A stretch of DNA of 32,000 nucleotides from Delftia acidovorans NBRC 14950 (GCF_001598795.1 NZ_BCZP01000001.1:480001-512000); one strand, 5' to 3'; shown: positions 7,948 to 16,222, counted from the stretch's first letter. Translations and numbers: made by a program. Notes: generated by a model from the letters alone, not told the origin.

Positions 7948-9078
7948 ATGGACACCAACACACCGCTTGCCCTGCTGGGCGGGCTTACCGCTTCCCAATT
8001 CATGCGCCGCCACTGGCACAAGAAGCCCTTGCTGGTGCGCCAGGCAATCCCGGGCTTCAAGCCCCTGATTCCCCGCGCCAGGCTGCTGGCCATGGCAGGC
8101 GAGGACGGTGTGGAGTCGCGCCTGATCCAGCAGCAGGACGGTGGCCACTGGAAGCTCAGCCACGGCCCGCTGTCGCGCCGCAGCCTGCCCTCGCTGCAAA
8201 AGCCCGGATGGACCGTGCTCGTGCAGGGCGTGGATCTGCACGACGACGGCGTGCACCAGCTGATGCAGCAGTTCCGCTTCGTGCCCGAGGCGCGGCTGGA
8301 CGATCTGATGATCAGCTTTGCCACCGACCAGGGCGGCGTGGGCCCGCATTTCGACAGCTACGACGTCTTCCTGCTGCAGGCGCATGGCCGCCGGCGCTGG
8401 CGCATCGGCCGCCAGAAGGACCTTTCGCTGCAGCCCGATGTGCCGCTGAAGGTGCTCTCGAATTTCGAGCCCGAGGAGGAGTTCGTGCTCGAGCCCGGCG
8501 ACATGCTCTACCTGCCGCCCAAGTGGGCCCATGACGGCATCGCCGAGGGCGAGTGCATGACCTACTCCATCGGCTTTCGCTCGCCCGCGCGCGACGAACT
8601 GGCCCGCGAGCTGCTGCTGCGCATGTCCGACGAGCCCGATGAACCCGAAGCGCCCATGGTCTACCGCGATCCCGACCAGCCCGCCGTAGAGGCCCCGGGC
8701 GAGATTCCGTCGAGCCTGCACGACTTCGCGCGCAAGGCGCTGGAGCGCGCGCTGGCCGAGCCGCTGGCGCTGGAGCGCGCGCTGGGCGAGTACATGACCG
8801 AGCCCAAGGCCAATGTCTGGTTCGAGCATGGCGAGGAACACGGCATGTTCGAGAGCGTGGTCCTCGACCGCCGCACGCGCATGATGTATGACGCAAAACA
8901 CATCTTCATCAACGGCGAAAGCTATCTGGCCGGTGGCCGCGATGCCACCCTGATGCGCAAGCTGGCCGATACGCGTGCCCTGTCACGCGCCGATCTGGCC
9001 AAGGCCAGCGATGACGCGCTGGAGCTGCTGTCCTCCTGGTTTGACGCCGGCTGGGTACGAGGCGGGCCGCTGTCCTGA
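7948..9078 (+). CDS. cupin-4/JmjC-type ribosomal oxygenase, RoxA (YcfD)-like
   Basis: Collinear similarity to E. coli YcfD/RoxA: FMRRHWHKKPLLVRQ, DDLMISFATDQGGVGPHFDSYDVFLLQAHGRRRWRIG, EPGDMLYLPP..AHDG, YSIGFR. The start has no clear Shine-Dalgarno. Confidence 0.82.
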   Translation: MDTNTPLALLGGLTASQFMRRHWHKKPLLVRQAIPGFKPLIPRARLLAMAGEDGVESRLIQQQDGGHWKLSHGPLSRRSLPSLQKPGWTVLVQGVDLHDDGVHQLMQQFRFVPEARLDDLMISFATDQGGVGPHFDSYDVFLLQAHGRRRWRIGRQKDLSLQPDVPLKVLSNFEPEEEFVLEPGDMLYLPPKWAHDGIAEGECMTYSIGFRSPARDELARELLLRMSDEPDEPEAPMVYRDPDQPAVEAPGEIPSSLHDFARKALERALAEPLALERALGEYMTEPKANVWFEHGEEHGMFESVVLDRRTRMMYDAKHIFINGESYLAGGRDATLMRKLADTRALSRADLAKASDDALELLSSWFDAGWVRGGPLS

Positions 9079-9163
9079 ACCGGGTAGACGCTGTGACGCA
9101 GTCATGCTAAGTTCGGGCATTCACCGTTGACAGCGTTCTGCTGATTCATAGCGGACTCCGATA

Positions 9164-9305
9164 GATTTGTAAAGAATTGTCTTGGGTTCGTCAGTAAATT
9201 GACAGCAACCTGGTTTTGTTACACAGTGGACGCCAAGGCAGCTTCTTGCTGCCCCATTCGGACTTGGCAAGAGGATTTGTGCGGAATTGTTCAGAGGTTG
9301 TCAGT
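9164..9305. repeat. two 32-nt imperfect direct repeats 110 bp apart in an AT-rich intergenic region
   Basis: R1 at 9164-9195 is GATTTGTaaaGAATTGTcttgggTTcGTCAGT. R2 at 9274-9305 is GATTTGTgcgGAATTGTtcagaggTTGTCAGT. TTGACAG/TTGTCAG/TCAG motifs recur through 9126-9314. Confidence 0.7.
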
Positions 9306-9331
9306 TTCAGTCAGCCTTGAAAAAATCTCCC

Positions 9332-9337
9332 TATAAT
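9332..9337 (+). promoter_or_regulatory. consensus TATAAT -10 hexamer, candidate promoter for the lipoprotein gene
   Basis: A perfect TATAAT in a GC-rich genome, about 130 nt upstream of the ATG at 9466. No good -35 at 16-18 bp (the TTGAAA at 9317-9322 is only 9 bp away). Confidence 0.35.
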
Positions 9338-9465
9338 TCGCTCCAAGTCGAATGAATGTGTTTGACGTGGCCTGGCCGCCGCGTACCGGTTGCCCGCATC
9401 CGGTGGCGCAAGTGGCGGGGCCCCTCCTGTGTACTGTCTTCTTACCTACTCTCTAGGAAACTGTG

Positions 9466-9750
9466 ATGAAGAACTCTCTGATCCTGGCTACCGTGATCGC
9501 TGCTGCAGCTCTGGCCGCTTGCGGCAAGAAGGAAGAGGCTCCGGCCCCCGCTCCCGCACCCGCCGTTGAAGCTCCCGCACCGGCAGCTCCCGCTCCCGCA
9601 GAAGCTCCTGCTGCTCCCGCCGCCGACGCTGCTGCTCCCGCAGCGCCTGCCGCTGACGCTGCAGCACCTGCTCCCGCTGCTGACGCTGCCGCTGCAGACG
9701 CCGCCAAGGCTGCTGCCGACGCTGCCGCCAAGGAAGCCACCAAGCAGTAA
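9466..9750 (+). CDS. small Ala/Pro-rich lipoprotein
   Basis: AGGAAA 6 nt upstream. Signal peptide plus lipobox (LILATVIAAAALAAC). The remainder is low-complexity (APAPAPAP..., PAADAAAP repeats). TAA stop. GCT-rich Ala codons. Strong terminator downstream. Confidence 0.7.
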   Translation: MKNSLILATVIAAAALAACGKKEEAPAPAPAPAVEAPAPAAPAPAEAPAAPAADAAAPAAPAADAAAPAPAADAAAADAAKAAADAAAKEATKQ

Positions 9751-9766
9751 TTCGGCCCTCGCCGAT

Positions 9767-9788
9767 GGCAGAGGTTTCGGCCTCTGCC
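9767..9788 (+). terminator. GC-rich hairpin just after the lipoprotein stop codon
   Basis: GGCAGAGG-tttcgg-CCTCTGCC, an 8-bp perfect stem. No U-run of its own. Confidence 0.4.
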
Positions 9789-9791
9789 GCG

Positions 9792-9826
9792 AAAAAACCG
9801 CATCCTTCGGGCTGCGGTTTTTTTTT
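9792..9826. terminator. rho-independent terminator (A6 - hairpin - T9), bidirectional in form
   Basis: AAAAAA-CCGCAtCC-ttcg-GGcTGCGG-TTTTTTTTT. Confidence 0.8.
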
Positions 9827-9851
9827 CGCCTTCGCTTTGCTTTGGTCCAGT

Positions 9852-9884
9852 AAAAAAGCCACCGGCAAATGACTGCGCGGTGGC
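9852..9884 (-). terminator. rho-independent terminator of bamC
   Basis: The minus strand reads GCCACCG-cgcagtcatttgc-CGGTGGC-TTTTTT, about 50 nt downstream of the bamC stop. Confidence 0.7.
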
Positions 9885-9934
9885 TGCAAGCCAAGGGCAG
9901 ACGCTGCCGCCCCAAGGCCCGAAAAGAGGCTTGC

Positions 9935-11047
9935 TTACTTCATGTCGTCGGTGATGACGCGCACGATGCGCTGGGCATTGGCCGATGTCTCGGGCTGGCC
10001 CTGGGTGTTGAGCACGGTGACGGTGGACTTGTCGCCTTCGCTGCGCACCTGGATCTGGTACTTGACCGGCGCGGCCGCATCGGGCGAGCGGCTGAACAGC
10101 TTGCTGAAGAAGCCCTTGGGCTCGACCTTGGCGTCAGGCGCGACATAGCGCACGAAGTAGATGCCGCGGCTGCGGTCACGGTCCTCCACGGTGAAGCCCG
10201 TGCGGTCCAGGGCCACGCCGACACGGCGCCATGCGCGGTCAAAGCCTTCGTCGATCTGCAGCACGGGCTGTCCGTTGGCGGATTCCATGCGCACGCTGCC
10301 GGTGGCGGCTGCCGTGGTGGTGTTGGCCTTGGCCACGGCATCGGCCTGCTCCTGGCTCACACCGAGCTTGACCATCAGGCGGCGCAGGAATTCGGTTTCC
10401 AGTTCCGGATCCGAGGGGCGCGGCTGCCAGATGGTCTGGTCCTTCTGGGCGCTGGTGTAGACCTCCTGCATGCCGCGGTGCGTGATGTAGACCTCGGTGG
10501 AGCCGTCGGCCGAGCGCTCCAGGCGTGTGCGGAAGCGGTCGCGCTCGCTGGTGGAGTACAGGCCGTCGAAGACCTTGCCCAGCGTCTTGCGGATCACGTC
10601 CTGCGGGATCTTGGCACGGTTCTCGGCCCAGTCGGTCTCGATGATGCCCAGCTGGCGGTCTTCGGTGGTGAAGATGAAGCCGTTTTCCAGCCAGAAGTCA
10701 CGCACGGGCTCCCACAGCTGGTCCGCCGGGCGCTTGATCACCAGCCAGCGCTGTTCGCCGTTGCGCTCGATGCGCACATCGCCCATTGCAACGGTGGCCG
10801 TGCGGCCTTCGCTGGGCTTTTGCGCCTTGGAGTTGGCTTCCATGGCTGCGGCGGAGACCACGCCACCGGGCACGGCATAGCGGGAATCCGTGGACAGCTG
10901 GGTCAGATCCGGGGGGACTTCCAGGGTGGGCGCCTGCTGCTTGCCGGCGCTCTTGTAGTCGATCTTGCTCTCTTGGAACGTGGTCGTGCAGGCTGTCAGG
11001 CCGATGGCCAGGCTCAGCAGGCTCAGACGTGCAATGGGCTGTTTCAC
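9935..11047 (-). CDS. bamC: outer membrane protein assembly factor BamC (NlpB) lipoprotein
   Basis: GTG start preceded by AAGGATA. Lipobox LAIGLTAC. Conserved position immediately downstream of dapA. The longer 480-aa track ORF has no signal peptide at its N-terminus. Confidence 0.82.
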   Translation of the reverse strand: MKQPIARLSLLSLAIGLTACTTTFQESKIDYKSAGKQQAPTLEVPPDLTQLSTDSRYAVPGGVVSAAAMEANSKAQKPSEGRTATVAMGDVRIERNGEQRWLVIKRPADQLWEPVRDFWLENGFIFTTEDRQLGIIETDWAENRAKIPQDVIRKTLGKVFDGLYSTSERDRFRTRLERSADGSTEVYITHRGMQEVYTSAQKDQTIWQPRPSDPELETEFLRRLMVKLGVSQEQADAVAKANTTTAAATGSVRMESANGQPVLQIDEGFDRAWRRVGVALDRTGFTVEDRDRSRGIYFVRYVAPDAKVEPKGFFSKLFSRSPDAAAPVKYQIQVRSEGDKSTVTVLNTQGQPETSANAQRIVRVITDDMK

Positions 11048-11088
11048 GCGAATATCCTTGGTGCGTTCGGTCGGTGAGGCGGGGCGCC

Positions 11089-11985
11089 TCACAGCAGGCC
11101 AGCGGAGCCCAGGGCGGCTTCCACGGTGGCTTCCAGGTTCTTGCTCAGAGGTGTCATCGGCAGGCGCATGGCCGGGCCGCACAGGCCCAGGCGCGCTGCG
11201 GCCCACTTGACGGGAATGGGGTTGGCCTCGACGAAGAGGTTCTTGTGCACGGGCATCAGGCGCAGCTGGATGTCCATGGCGGTGCGCACATCGCCGGCCA
11301 GGGCCGCCTTGCACAGATCGCTCATCAGGCGCGGTGCCACGTTGGCCGTGACGCTGATGTTGCCATGGCCACCACACAGCATCAGGGCCACAGCGGTCGG
11401 GTCATCGCCGGAGTACACGCCGAAGTCCTTGGGCACTTCACGGATCAGCCATTGGGCGCGCTCGATGTTGCCCGTGGCTTCCTTGATGCCGATGATGGCG
11501 GGGATCTGCGCCAGGCGCAGCACGGTGTCGTGCTGCATGTCGGCCACGGAACGGCCGGGCACGTTGTAGAGCACCACGGGCAGGTCGCCCACCGCTTCGG
11601 CAATCGCCTTGAAGTGCTGGTACTGGCCTTCCTGCGTGGGCTTGTTGTAGTAGGGCACGACCTGCAGCTGGCTGTCGGCGCCGACCTTCTTGGCGTAGCG
11701 GGCCAGCTCGATGGCTTCGTGCGTGCTGTTGGCGCCGCAGCCGGCCATCACGGGCACGCGGCCTGCGGCCTGCTCGACGGACACGCGGATGATTTCGCAG
11801 TGCTCCTCCACGTTGACGGTGGGGGATTCACCTGTCGTTCCCACCACGCCGATGCAGTCCGTGCCTTCGGCCACATGCCAATCGATGAGTTTTCGCAGCG
11901 CCGGGTAGTCAACACTACCGTCCTCGTGCATGGGCGTGATGAGGGCAACGATGCTGCCAGTGAGAGCGACGGAGGAGGATGTCAT
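11089..11985 (-). CDS. dapA: 4-hydroxy-tetrahydrodipicolinate synthase
   Basis: Typical DapA sequence: [23 protein letters not shown]; the active-site Lys lies in the IIGIKEATG region. 298 aa. Confidence 0.95.
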   Translation of the reverse strand: MTSSSVALTGSIVALITPMHEDGSVDYPALRKLIDWHVAEGTDCIGVVGTTGESPTVNVEEHCEIIRVSVEQAAGRVPVMAGCGANSTHEAIELARYAKKVGADSQLQVVPYYNKPTQEGQYQHFKAIAEAVGDLPVVLYNVPGRSVADMQHDTVLRLAQIPAIIGIKEATGNIERAQWLIREVPKDFGVYSGDDPTAVALMLCGGHGNISVTANVAPRLMSDLCKAALAGDVRTAMDIQLRLMPVHKNLFVEANPIPVKWAAARLGLCGPAMRLPMTPLSKNLEATVEAALGSAGLL

Positions 11986-12012
11986 GTCCGCAAGAAAAAA
12001 CGGGAAAGGATC

Positions 12013-12041
12013 ATTCTAACGAGTGTCGGAGGCAGGCCCAA
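12013..12041 (-). promoter_or_regulatory. candidate sigma70 promoter for dapA (-35 TTGGGC, 17-bp spacer, -10 TAGAAT)
   Basis: Read on the minus strand. The -10 matches consensus at 5 of 6 positions. Would give a leader of roughly 20 nt. Confidence 0.35.
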
Positions 12042-12060
12042 GGCGGGCGCCTGTAGGGAT

Positions 12061-12666
12061 TCAGGCGATTGCAGAGCCTGACGCCTTCTGATGCGCCAGC
12101 ATGGCCACGGGTTCCCGGCCTGTTGCATCGGGGCGCAGTGCCGCAATGCGCTGGACCATGCGATCGGGCTCGCCCAGCTGGCCGTGCTCGTAGGCCACGA
12201 TGTGCCAGCCCGCGCAGGCCTGCAGCAGCTCGCCGGGCGCCAGCAGGAAATCGGGGCGGGAAGGCTTGCCGAAAGCCTCATTGCCCTGGGCAAAGGTTTC
12301 GTACAGCAGCACGCCGCCAGGGGCCACGCTGTCCAGCAGTGCCGGCCATAGCGGGCGCCACAGATAGTGGGTCACGACCACGGCGCCGAACTGCCGGCCG
12401 GGCAGGGGCCAGGGGCCGTTTTCGATGTCGGCGCACAGCAGCTCGCCCACGCCCTGCAGGCCGGCCAGGGCCTGGGCGTCGCGGTCCACCCCGGTGACGG
12501 CGTGGCCACGCGCATGGAACCAGCGCATGTGCCGGCCGGGCCCGCAGGCCACGTCAAGCACCGAGGCCTGGGGCGCCAGAAGGTGTGACCAGCGTTGGAT
12601 CCAGGGCGAGGGCGGCGTGGCTGCGTGCATGTGCAATTTTGGAAATAAAGTGAAAGCGGCCGACAT
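12061..12666 (-). CDS. class I SAM-dependent methyltransferase
   Basis: Motif I VLDVACGPGRH, then acidic loop GVDRD, then GGVLLYETF. Start is uncertain: ATG at 12666 or ATG at 12630. Confidence 0.8.
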   Translation of the reverse strand: MSAAFTLFPKLHMHAATPPSPWIQRWSHLLAPQASVLDVACGPGRHMRWFHARGHAVTGVDRDAQALAGLQGVGELLCADIENGPWPLPGRQFGAVVVTHYLWRPLWPALLDSVAPGGVLLYETFAQGNEAFGKPSRPDFLLAPGELLQACAGWHIVAYEHGQLGEPDRMVQRIAALRPDATGREPVAMLAHQKASGSAIA

Positions 12667-12701
12667 TGTGCCGGCAGGCCTTCGCAGCTGCCGCTTCCAT
12701 T

Positions 12702-12851
12702 TCAGAAGCAGGCCCAGATCTGGTCTGCCATGCCCAGCATGAACTGCGGCTGCAGGTAGAGCATGAAGACCAGGCCCAGCACCAGCAGCACGGCGGCCCA
12801 CAGCGCCAGCCTGCGCAGGATGCGTGGGCGGGGCCTGGTGGATGTCGTCAT
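12702..12851 (-). CDS. tentative 49-aa single-pass membrane protein (not in the supplied ORF track)
   Basis: Hand translation: MTTSTRPRPRILRRLALWAAVLLVLGLVFMLYLQPQFMLGMADQIWACF. The ATG lies 1 nt after the TGA of the upstream MFS gene (TGAcATG). GC3 is high like its neighbours. The N-terminus is positively charged and is followed by one TM helix. Confidence 0.4.
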   Translation of the reverse strand: MTTSTRPRPRILRRLALWAAVLLVLGLVFMLYLQPQFMLGMADQIWACF

Positions 12852-12852
12852 G

Positions 12853-14079
12853 TCAGGCAGCGGCCTGGGCCGCGCGCAACCGTGCCACGGGGGCTTCGCG
12901 GATGGGCAGGTTCAGCAGGCCGGCGGCCACGCCCAGGCCGATGGCCAGGTACCAGACTACCTGGTAGCTGCCCGTGTGGTCATAGAGATAGCCGCCCAGC
13001 CAGACGCCCAGGAAGCTGCCCACCTGGTGGCTGAAGAACACCATGCCGCTCAACATGGACAGATGCTGCACGCCGAAGATCTGGGCCACGGTGGCATTGG
13101 TCAGCGGCACGGTGGACAGCCACAGCAGGCCCATGGCGGCAGAGAAGATGTAGACCGACCAGGGCGTCAGCGGCGCCAGCAGGAAGAGCACGATCACCAC
13201 CGAGCGCGTGAAGTAGATGGTGGATAGCAGGTAGCGCTTTGGCAGGCGCTGGCCCAGGTTGCCGGCCACGTAGGTGCCAACGATGTTGAACAGCCCCACC
13301 AGCGCCAGCGAGATGCTGGCCACCTGCGGTGCCAGGCCGTAGTCCTTGAGGTAGCTGGGCATGTGCACGCCGATGAACATCACCTGGAAGCCGCAGACGA
13401 AGTAGCCGGCCGTCAGCAGCACAAAGCTGGGCGTGCGCAGCGCTTCGGCGACGGCCTGGCCCGCGCTCTGGTCGCGCACGGGACGGGTGTTGCCGGCCTG
13501 GAAGCCCGGCTCGCGCAGGCCGAAGGCCAGCGGAATGATCATCAGCGCGCACAGCGACAGCAGCAGCAGGGCGTTGGACCAGCCGAAGTTCGAGATCAGG
13601 CTGCCTTCCACGGGCACCATGAAGAACTGGCCGAAGGAGCCCGCCGCCGCCGTCACGCCCATGGCCCAGCTGCGCCGCGCCACGGGAATCTGGCGGCCCA
13701 GCACACCGTAGATCACGGCATAGGTGGTGCCTGCCTGGGCTGCGCCTATCACCACGCCGGCCGTCAGGGCGAACCAGGTTGTCGTGGGCGCCATGGCCAT
13801 GCCGGCCAGGCCCAGCGCATACAGCAGCGCGCCCACCAGGAGCACGCGGAAGGCGCCGAAGCGGTCGGCCAGCATGCCGCCGAAGATGCCGAGCACGCCC
13901 CAGGACAGGTTCTGGATGGCGATGGCCAGCGCGAAGGACTCGCGCGTCCAGCCCATCTCCTGGGTGATGGGCTGCAGCCACAGGCCGAAGCCGTGGCGGA
14001 TTCCCATGGACAGCGTCACGACTGCGCCCCCGCACAGCAGTATCTGCACCATGGACATGGGTTGGTTGTTTTTGTGCAT
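12853..14079 (-). CDS. MFS transporter (about 12 TM)
   Basis: Hydrophobic, 408 aa from MHKNNQPMSMVQILL. MFS-like loop GMLADRFGAFRV between TM2 and TM3. The part of the track ORF upstream of 14079 is non-hydrophobic read-through. Alternative starts at 14058 and 14052. Confidence 0.85.
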   Translation of the reverse strand: MHKNNQPMSMVQILLCGGAVVTLSMGIRHGFGLWLQPITQEMGWTRESFALAIAIQNLSWGVLGIFGGMLADRFGAFRVLLVGALLYALGLAGMAMAPTTTWFALTAGVVIGAAQAGTTYAVIYGVLGRQIPVARRSWAMGVTAAAGSFGQFFMVPVEGSLISNFGWSNALLLLSLCALMIIPLAFGLREPGFQAGNTRPVRDQSAGQAVAEALRTPSFVLLTAGYFVCGFQVMFIGVHMPSYLKDYGLAPQVASISLALVGLFNIVGTYVAGNLGQRLPKRYLLSTIYFTRSVVIVLFLLAPLTPWSVYIFSAAMGLLWLSTVPLTNATVAQIFGVQHLSMLSGMVFFSHQVGSFLGVWLGGYLYDHTGSYQVVWYLAIGLGVAAGLLNLPIREAPVARLRAAQAAA

Positions 14080-14149
14080 GCGGCAAACTTTAGCGAAACT
14101 CCGGGTTTTGCGCTGTGCCGCTTGGGTCGCCCATGCGCCAGCGCGGCCC

Positions 14150-14195
14150 TTGATGGCAGCGGCTTTTTCGGGATAGTCACTGTCAATGACTGTGA
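14150..14195 (+). promoter_or_regulatory. candidate parE promoter (-35 TTGATG, -10 GATAGT) overlapped by a 19-bp palindrome TCACTGTCA-A-TGACTGTGA
   Basis: Read directly. Palindrome at 14177-14195 with half-sites matching at 8 of 9 positions, about 45 nt upstream of the parE ATG. Confidence 0.3.
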
Positions 14196-14239
14196 ATGCA
14201 TCCAGCACTGAGCCGGGCCGCGCACTACAATCCGCCCCC

Positions 14240-16222
14240 ATGGCAGTCAAACCATCTCCCACTTCCGCCAGCGAATACTCCGAAGGCTCGATACGCGTGC
14301 TCAAGGGCCTTGAGCCCGTCAAGCAGCGTCCCGGCATGTACACGCGCACCGACAACCCCCTGCACGTGCTGCAGGAGGTGATCGACAACGCGGCCGACGA
14401 GGCACTGGCCGGCTTCGGCAAGAAAATCCGCTTCACCCTGCATTCTGACGGCTCCTACAGCGTCGAAGACGACGGCCGGGGCATCCCCTTCGGCATGCAT
14501 CCCGAGGAAAAGGCGCCCGTGGTGGAGCTGGTCTTCACGCGGCTGCATGCGGGCGGCAAGTTCGACAAGGGCAAGGGCGGCGCCTACAGCTTCTCGGGCG
14601 GCCTGCACGGCGTGGGCGTCTCGGTCACGAACGCGCTGGCCACGCGCCTTGAGGCCTGCATCCACCGCGAGGGCAAGGTGGCCACCATCGCCTTCTCGGG
14701 CGGTGACGTGGTCGAGCCCCTGCAGTCGCGGCCGCTGGCCGCGGGCGAACGCAAGCAGGGCACGACCGTGCGCGTGTGGCCCGATGCCCGCTATTTCGAA
14801 TCGCCCCAGCTGCCCATGGGCGAGCTGATGCACCTGCTGCGCAGCAAGGCCGTGCTCATGCCCGGCGTCTCGGTGACCCTGGTCAACGAGAAGACGCGCG
14901 ACACCCAGACCTGGCAGTTCAAGGGCGGCCTGCGCGACTACCTGCAGCAAAGCCTGCATGGCGAGGCGGTCATCCCCCTGTTCGAGGGCGAGGGCTTTGC
15001 CGACCGCCACCACGACAGCTTTGCCGAAGGCGAGGGCGCCGCCTGGTGCGTGGCCTTTACCGAGGACGGCGCACCGCTGCGCGAAAGCTATGTCAACCTG
15101 ATCCCGACCACCGCCGGCGGCACGCATGATAGCGGCCTGCGCGACGGCCTGTTCCAGGCGGTCAAGGCCTTCATTGAGATGCACTCGCTGTTGCCCAAGG
15201 GCGTCAAGCTCATGCCGGACGACGTGTTTGCGCGCGCCAGCTATGTGCTCAACGCCAAGGTGCTGGACCCGCAGTTCCAGGGCCAGATCAAGGAGCGCCT
15301 GAACTCGCGCGATGCCGTGCGCCTGGTCAGCGGCTATGTGCGCCCCGCGCTGGAGCTGTGGCTCAACGAGCACGTGGAATGGGGCCGCAAGCTGGCCGAG
15401 ATCGCCATCAAGGCCGCGCAGACCCGCCAGAAGGCGGGCCAGAAGGTCGAAAAGCGCAAGGGCTCGGGCGTGGCCGTGCTGCCGGGCAAGCTCACCGATT
15501 GCGAAAGCCGCGACCTGAGCCTGAACGAGGTCTTCCTGGTCGAGGGCGACTCGGCCGGCGGCAGCGCCAAGATGGGCCGCAACAAGGAAACCCAGGCCGT
15601 GCTGCCCCTGCGCGGCAAGGTGCTCAACACCTGGGAGGTGGACCGCGACCGGCTGTTCGCCAACAACGAAATCCATGACATCTCGGTGGCCATCGGCGTG
15701 GACCCGCATGGCCCCAACGACACGCCCGACCTGTCGGGCCTGCGCTATGGCAAGGTCTGCATTCTTTCGGATGCCGACGTGGACGGCTCGCACATCCAGG
15801 TGCTGCTGCTGACGCTGTTCTTCCGCCATTTCCCCAAGCTCATCGAGGCCGGCCACATCCATGTGGCGCTGCCGCCGCTGTTCCGTGTGGACGTGCCTGC
15901 GCGCGGCAAGAAGCCTGCGGCCAAGATGTACGCGCTGGACGAGGGCGAGCTGACCGCCATCCTGGACAAATCGGCCAAGGACGGCGTGCCGCGCGAGAAA
16001 TGCCAGATCAGCCGCTTCAAGGGCCTGGGCGAGATGAATGCGGAGCAGCTGTGGGAGACCACGCTCAACCCCGACACGCGTCGCCTGCTGCCCGTGCAGT
16101 TCATGAACCTGGACTTCGCGGCGGCCGAGCAGGTCGTCACCAAGCTCATGGGCAAGGGCGAGGCCGCAGCGCGCCGCGAGCTCATGGAGCTCCATGGCGA
16201 CTCCATTGAAGTCGACATCTGA
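14240..16222 (+). CDS. parE: DNA topoisomerase IV subunit B
   Basis: GHKL ATPase and Toprim motifs: LEPVKQRPGMYT, EVIDNAADEA, LVEGDSAGGSAK, ILSDADVDGSHI. About 660 aa (shorter than GyrB) and in an operon with parC. Confidence 0.92.
   Translation: MAVKPSPTSASEYSEGSIRVLKGLEPVKQRPGMYTRTDNPLHVLQEVIDNAADEALAGFGKKIRFTLHSDGSYSVEDDGRGIPFGMHPEEKAPVVELVFTRLHAGGKFDKGKGGAYSFSGGLHGVGVSVTNALATRLEACIHREGKVATIAFSGGDVVEPLQSRPLAAGERKQGTTVRVWPDARYFESPQLPMGELMHLLRSKAVLMPGVSVTLVNEKTRDTQTWQFKGGLRDYLQQSLHGEAVIPLFEGEGFADRHHDSFAEGEGAAWCVAFTEDGAPLRESYVNLIPTTAGGTHDSGLRDGLFQAVKAFIEMHSLLPKGVKLMPDDVFARASYVLNAKVLDPQFQGQIKERLNSRDAVRLVSGYVRPALELWLNEHVEWGRKLAEIAIKAAQTRQKAGQKVEKRKGSGVAVLPGKLTDCESRDLSLNEVFLVEGDSAGGSAKMGRNKETQAVLPLRGKVLNTWEVDRDRLFANNEIHDISVAIGVDPHGPNDTPDLSGLRYGKVCILSDADVDGSHIQVLLLTLFFRHFPKLIEAGHIHVALPPLFRVDVPARGKKPAAKMYALDEGELTAILDKSAKDGVPREKCQISRFKGLGEMNAEQLWETTLNPDTRRLLPVQFMNLDFAAAEQVVTKLMGKGEAAARRELMELHGDSIEVDI

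Noticed and set aside
9264-9280. A sigma54-like element TTGGCAagaggatTTGT
   Set aside because: The -12 element is TTGT or TTTG rather than TTGC, and it is offset by one position from the canonical GG-N10-GC spacing. No enhancer-binding protein gene is nearby. The match is too weak to call.
9317-9337. TTGAAA ... TATAAT read as a complete sigma70 promoter
   Set aside because: The two hexamers are only 9 bp apart, far from the 16-18 bp needed. Only the -10 is reported, at low confidence.
9352-9456. A 34-codon upstream ORF (MNVFDVAWPPRTGCPHPVAQVAGPLLCTVFLPTL) ending 9 nt before the lipoprotein ATG
   Set aside because: It has no Shine-Dalgarno, mixed codon usage and no hydrophobic or leader-peptide logic that I can see. 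It is more simply explained as a structured 5' leader. It is covered by the intergenic-region finding rather than called as a gene.
9079-9465. The AT-rich block as a remnant of a mobile element or the edge of a genomic island
   Set aside because: There is no integrase, transposase, tRNA, terminal inverted repeat or flanking target duplication. The flanking genes (roxA, bamC-dapA) are core genes with native composition, and the block is only about 390 bp.
9442-9915. Overlapping ORFs on the minus strand (157, 133 and 116 aa) and the alternative plus-strand frame at 9566-9853 across the Ala/Pro lipoprotein locus
   Set aside because: They are low-complexity read-throughs of the GCN/CCN-rich repeat region and run across two terminator hairpins. 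Only the plus-strand frame at 9466 has an RBS, a signal peptide with lipobox and a downstream terminator.
14177-14195. The parE-upstream palindrome as a LexA (SOS) box
   Set aside because: The proteobacterial SOS box is CTGT-N8-ACAG. Here the two CTGT elements are direct (CTGTcaatgaCTGT) and there is no ACAG arm, so it does not fit.
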